Shown in pieces: positions 61,901-64,000 of a DNA stretch of 64,000 nt. Numbering within the stretch: position 1 is the stretch's first letter; every line of letters starts with the position of its first letter. Under the pieces are notes generated by a model. That model ran no database searches. It had not been told where the DNA came from and saw nothing but the letters and a program-made list of their open reading frames with translations. This stretch comes from Azolla caroliniana. Taxonomy: Eukaryota > Plantae > Polypodiophyta. The DNA lies in NCBI GenBank assembly GCA_043228905.1, contig JBHGNT010000004.1, positions 3,162,001 to 3,226,000 of the forward strand. Direction: 5' to 3'. The position numbers and the translations under genes are program-made.

Positions 61901-62296
61901 AATGTATGCATATATAGATCCGTATATCAATACAGAGAAAAAGGAAGCAGATTATTCTCTTGCGAACACAGCAGGAAACGGTTGAAAGACGCAAAAATAA
62001 TTAAAAGAAAAGGGAGTTTAGAGCTAAGGACACCTGAAGAAGACGAATGGAAGTCGGTCTGTTTGTGAGGTTCGTCAATGGCGGGAGTTTTTCCGCGATG
62101 GGGAAGATGGTCAGGAAAGATTAAATCGGAGTCGACAACAGAGGAAAGGCGGGGAGATGATCACGCAGAAGATTATATACAGGAAATATGGAAAATCTCG
62201 ATTAAAAAATAACGAGTAACGTAGGAAACGCAGACAAGAACCGAAAAGAATTAATTAATGGCTAATAATCTCAAAACCCTAACCCTAACCCTAACC

Positions 62297-62626
62297 CCAT
62301 TTCTAAAAGTATTACCTCTTTACAAAACGATTGTTACCGAAGTTACTCGCCAAAAAAATTGTCGTAGATAGTAGATATGTACATACAATAATCGATCATT
62401 ACTCCGAGAAGTTGAATCCTATAGATAGGTCTTTTTTCGAAGCTTCATCGCTTATCGAAATTACTTCCATTTCTAAAAGTATTCCATTACTTCTTTACAA
62501 AACGATCGTTACCGAAGTTACTCGCCAAAAAATTGTGATAGACAGTGGACACAATCGATTATTACTCCGAGAAGTTGAATCCTATAGATAGGTCTTTCGA
62601 AGCTTAATCACTTATCGAAATTACTT
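62297..62626. repeat. Tandem duplication, 2 x ~165 bp, preceded by (CCCTAA)3
   Basis: ccatttctaaaagtatt...ttactccgagaagttgaatcctatagataggtc...cttatcgaaattactt occurs twice. Confidence 0.92.
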
Positions 62627-63428
62627 GGCATTAAAACTAAGGCAACACATATATCCTTCCTCCTTTTTTTTCAAAAAAAAAAAAAACTTCATTAGTAGAA
62701 TTATGCATACATGACGAAATGACTAGACTAAAAACATTGCAGTGCTTGTAGCCATGATGACCTCGTAGACTCTAGAGTTTTCATTGATAATCCAAAAACA
62801 TACACACAGATATCCATCTCATGTATTGAACTAACAAATGCACTTGATTGTCGCCTCCTGCTGCCTTAGCTGATTTCTTGAATCGGAGGAGAGCCATCAA
62901 TATCCGTTCCCCCCACCACCACCACCCCCACCCCTTCTCTTGTACTGGCGCAATTTACCAAACCTTTGTGTATTTCGAGTAGGCAACTTCTAGTTTAATA
63001 TTACAATTTGCCACAAGCTTTCTAAATAAGAGAAACTCTATTTAGAATTTCTTTGGTGGGGAGGGGAGGGATGTGATTGATTCAATTGTCATATCATTGG
63101 CTTTGTTTGTTGTTTTGAAGCGGCGTTGATGGGAATGGAGGTGGAAGTGGAAATGGAGGTGCTCCATCGTGACTTGTTGCGTATTTCTGATATTTGCAGA
63201 ATATGTGATTTTCTTATAGAACCATCAATGTATGTCACTTACTAATTGATCCCATGGGGAGGGGAGGGGTGTGTGTAAGTGAATTTCTCGCCGATGATCA
63301 AGTGTTAAATATATTTATTAAAAATTGTTTTGCGTGCGAGAGATTCTAATAACCCCCACCTCGGTAATAATCACAAACCTTTGGACTTAGCCAATTTGTC
63401 TTTACACTTGGATAACGCAGAAAAATCA

Positions 63429-63790
63429 AGAGAAGTTCTTACAAATACATTCATTAATCAACTGGAATCACCTGCTGCGGCCTTTAATTGACTTAAACGG
63501 GTTGAGATACATACAATAAATTATATCCTCAACTATAGTCAAGATGATTGCTTAAACTAAAGAGTTCTGGAAAAAAAAATTGTACTAAATCAAGTTTCAA
63601 AATCTTTGTGGGAAGAGAAGTTCTTACAAATACATTCATTAATCAACTGGAATCACCTGTTGCGGCCTTTAATTGACTTAAATGGGTTGAGATACATACA
63701 ATAAATTATATCCTCAACTATAGTCGAGATGATTGCTTAAACTAAAGAGTTTTGGAAAAAAAAATTGTACTAGATCAAGTTTCAAAATCT
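63429..63790. repeat. Near-identical tandem duplication, 2 x ~185 bp
   Basis: agagaagttcttacaaatacattcattaatcaactggaatcacctg...tcaagtttcaaaatctt occurs twice with few differences. Confidence 0.95.
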
Positions 63791-64000
63791 TCGTGGGAAC
63801 GTTTCACTGCAGAACTCAAGCGTAAACAAACAAATGTATTTCTTGACTTCATGAGACCTTAAAAATTCTTGCACAAGCCTTGCCATGACTATCTCAAGTT
63901 GTTGGTCACACGATGCCCCTCCTCTTGGCATTACAGTTTGGTTATCAAGACATCTTTATCATCACATTCCAATCGTGACTCGACATGTTGAGGTAAGCAT

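Noticed and set aside
62275-62298. Interstitial vertebrate-type telomere
   Set aside because: Only about three CCCTAA units in a promoter-like context; more simply a telobox cluster.

Overview
AT-rich, intron-rich land-plant nuclear DNA. An epsilon-tubulin fragment points to a lineage with flagellated sperm (fern, lycophyte or bryophyte-like; this is inference). Five intact-looking genes were assembled by hand from splice sites: a 47-aa wound-inducible basic protein (488-786, +, too short for the ORF track), an 11-exon plastid-type PurH (2837-8174, -), a 6-exon V-ATPase subunit E (9846-11505, -), a conserved uncharacterised protein (48526-49962, -) and a 5-exon PHAX (52522-56136, -). Much of the ~30 kb between VHA-E and the uncharacterised gene consists of four condensed, scrambled re-copies of the locus itself: purH pieces, VHA-E pieces, a ~2 kb spacer, the 3'UTR of the uncharacterised gene and a block from 58.5-59.5 kb. 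Several junctions show microhomology or templated insertions. Interleaved are a decayed L1 LINE, a 431-bp foldback, a 9-kb convergent pair of truncated Ty3/Gypsy elements, a probable hAT relic and an orphan 3-exon epsilon-tubulin fragment. No rRNA, true tRNA or CRISPR array was found. I found no clearly novel multi-gene system; the most unusual signal is the serial self-copying and shuffling of the locus. All alignments were done by eye, so identities are qualitative.
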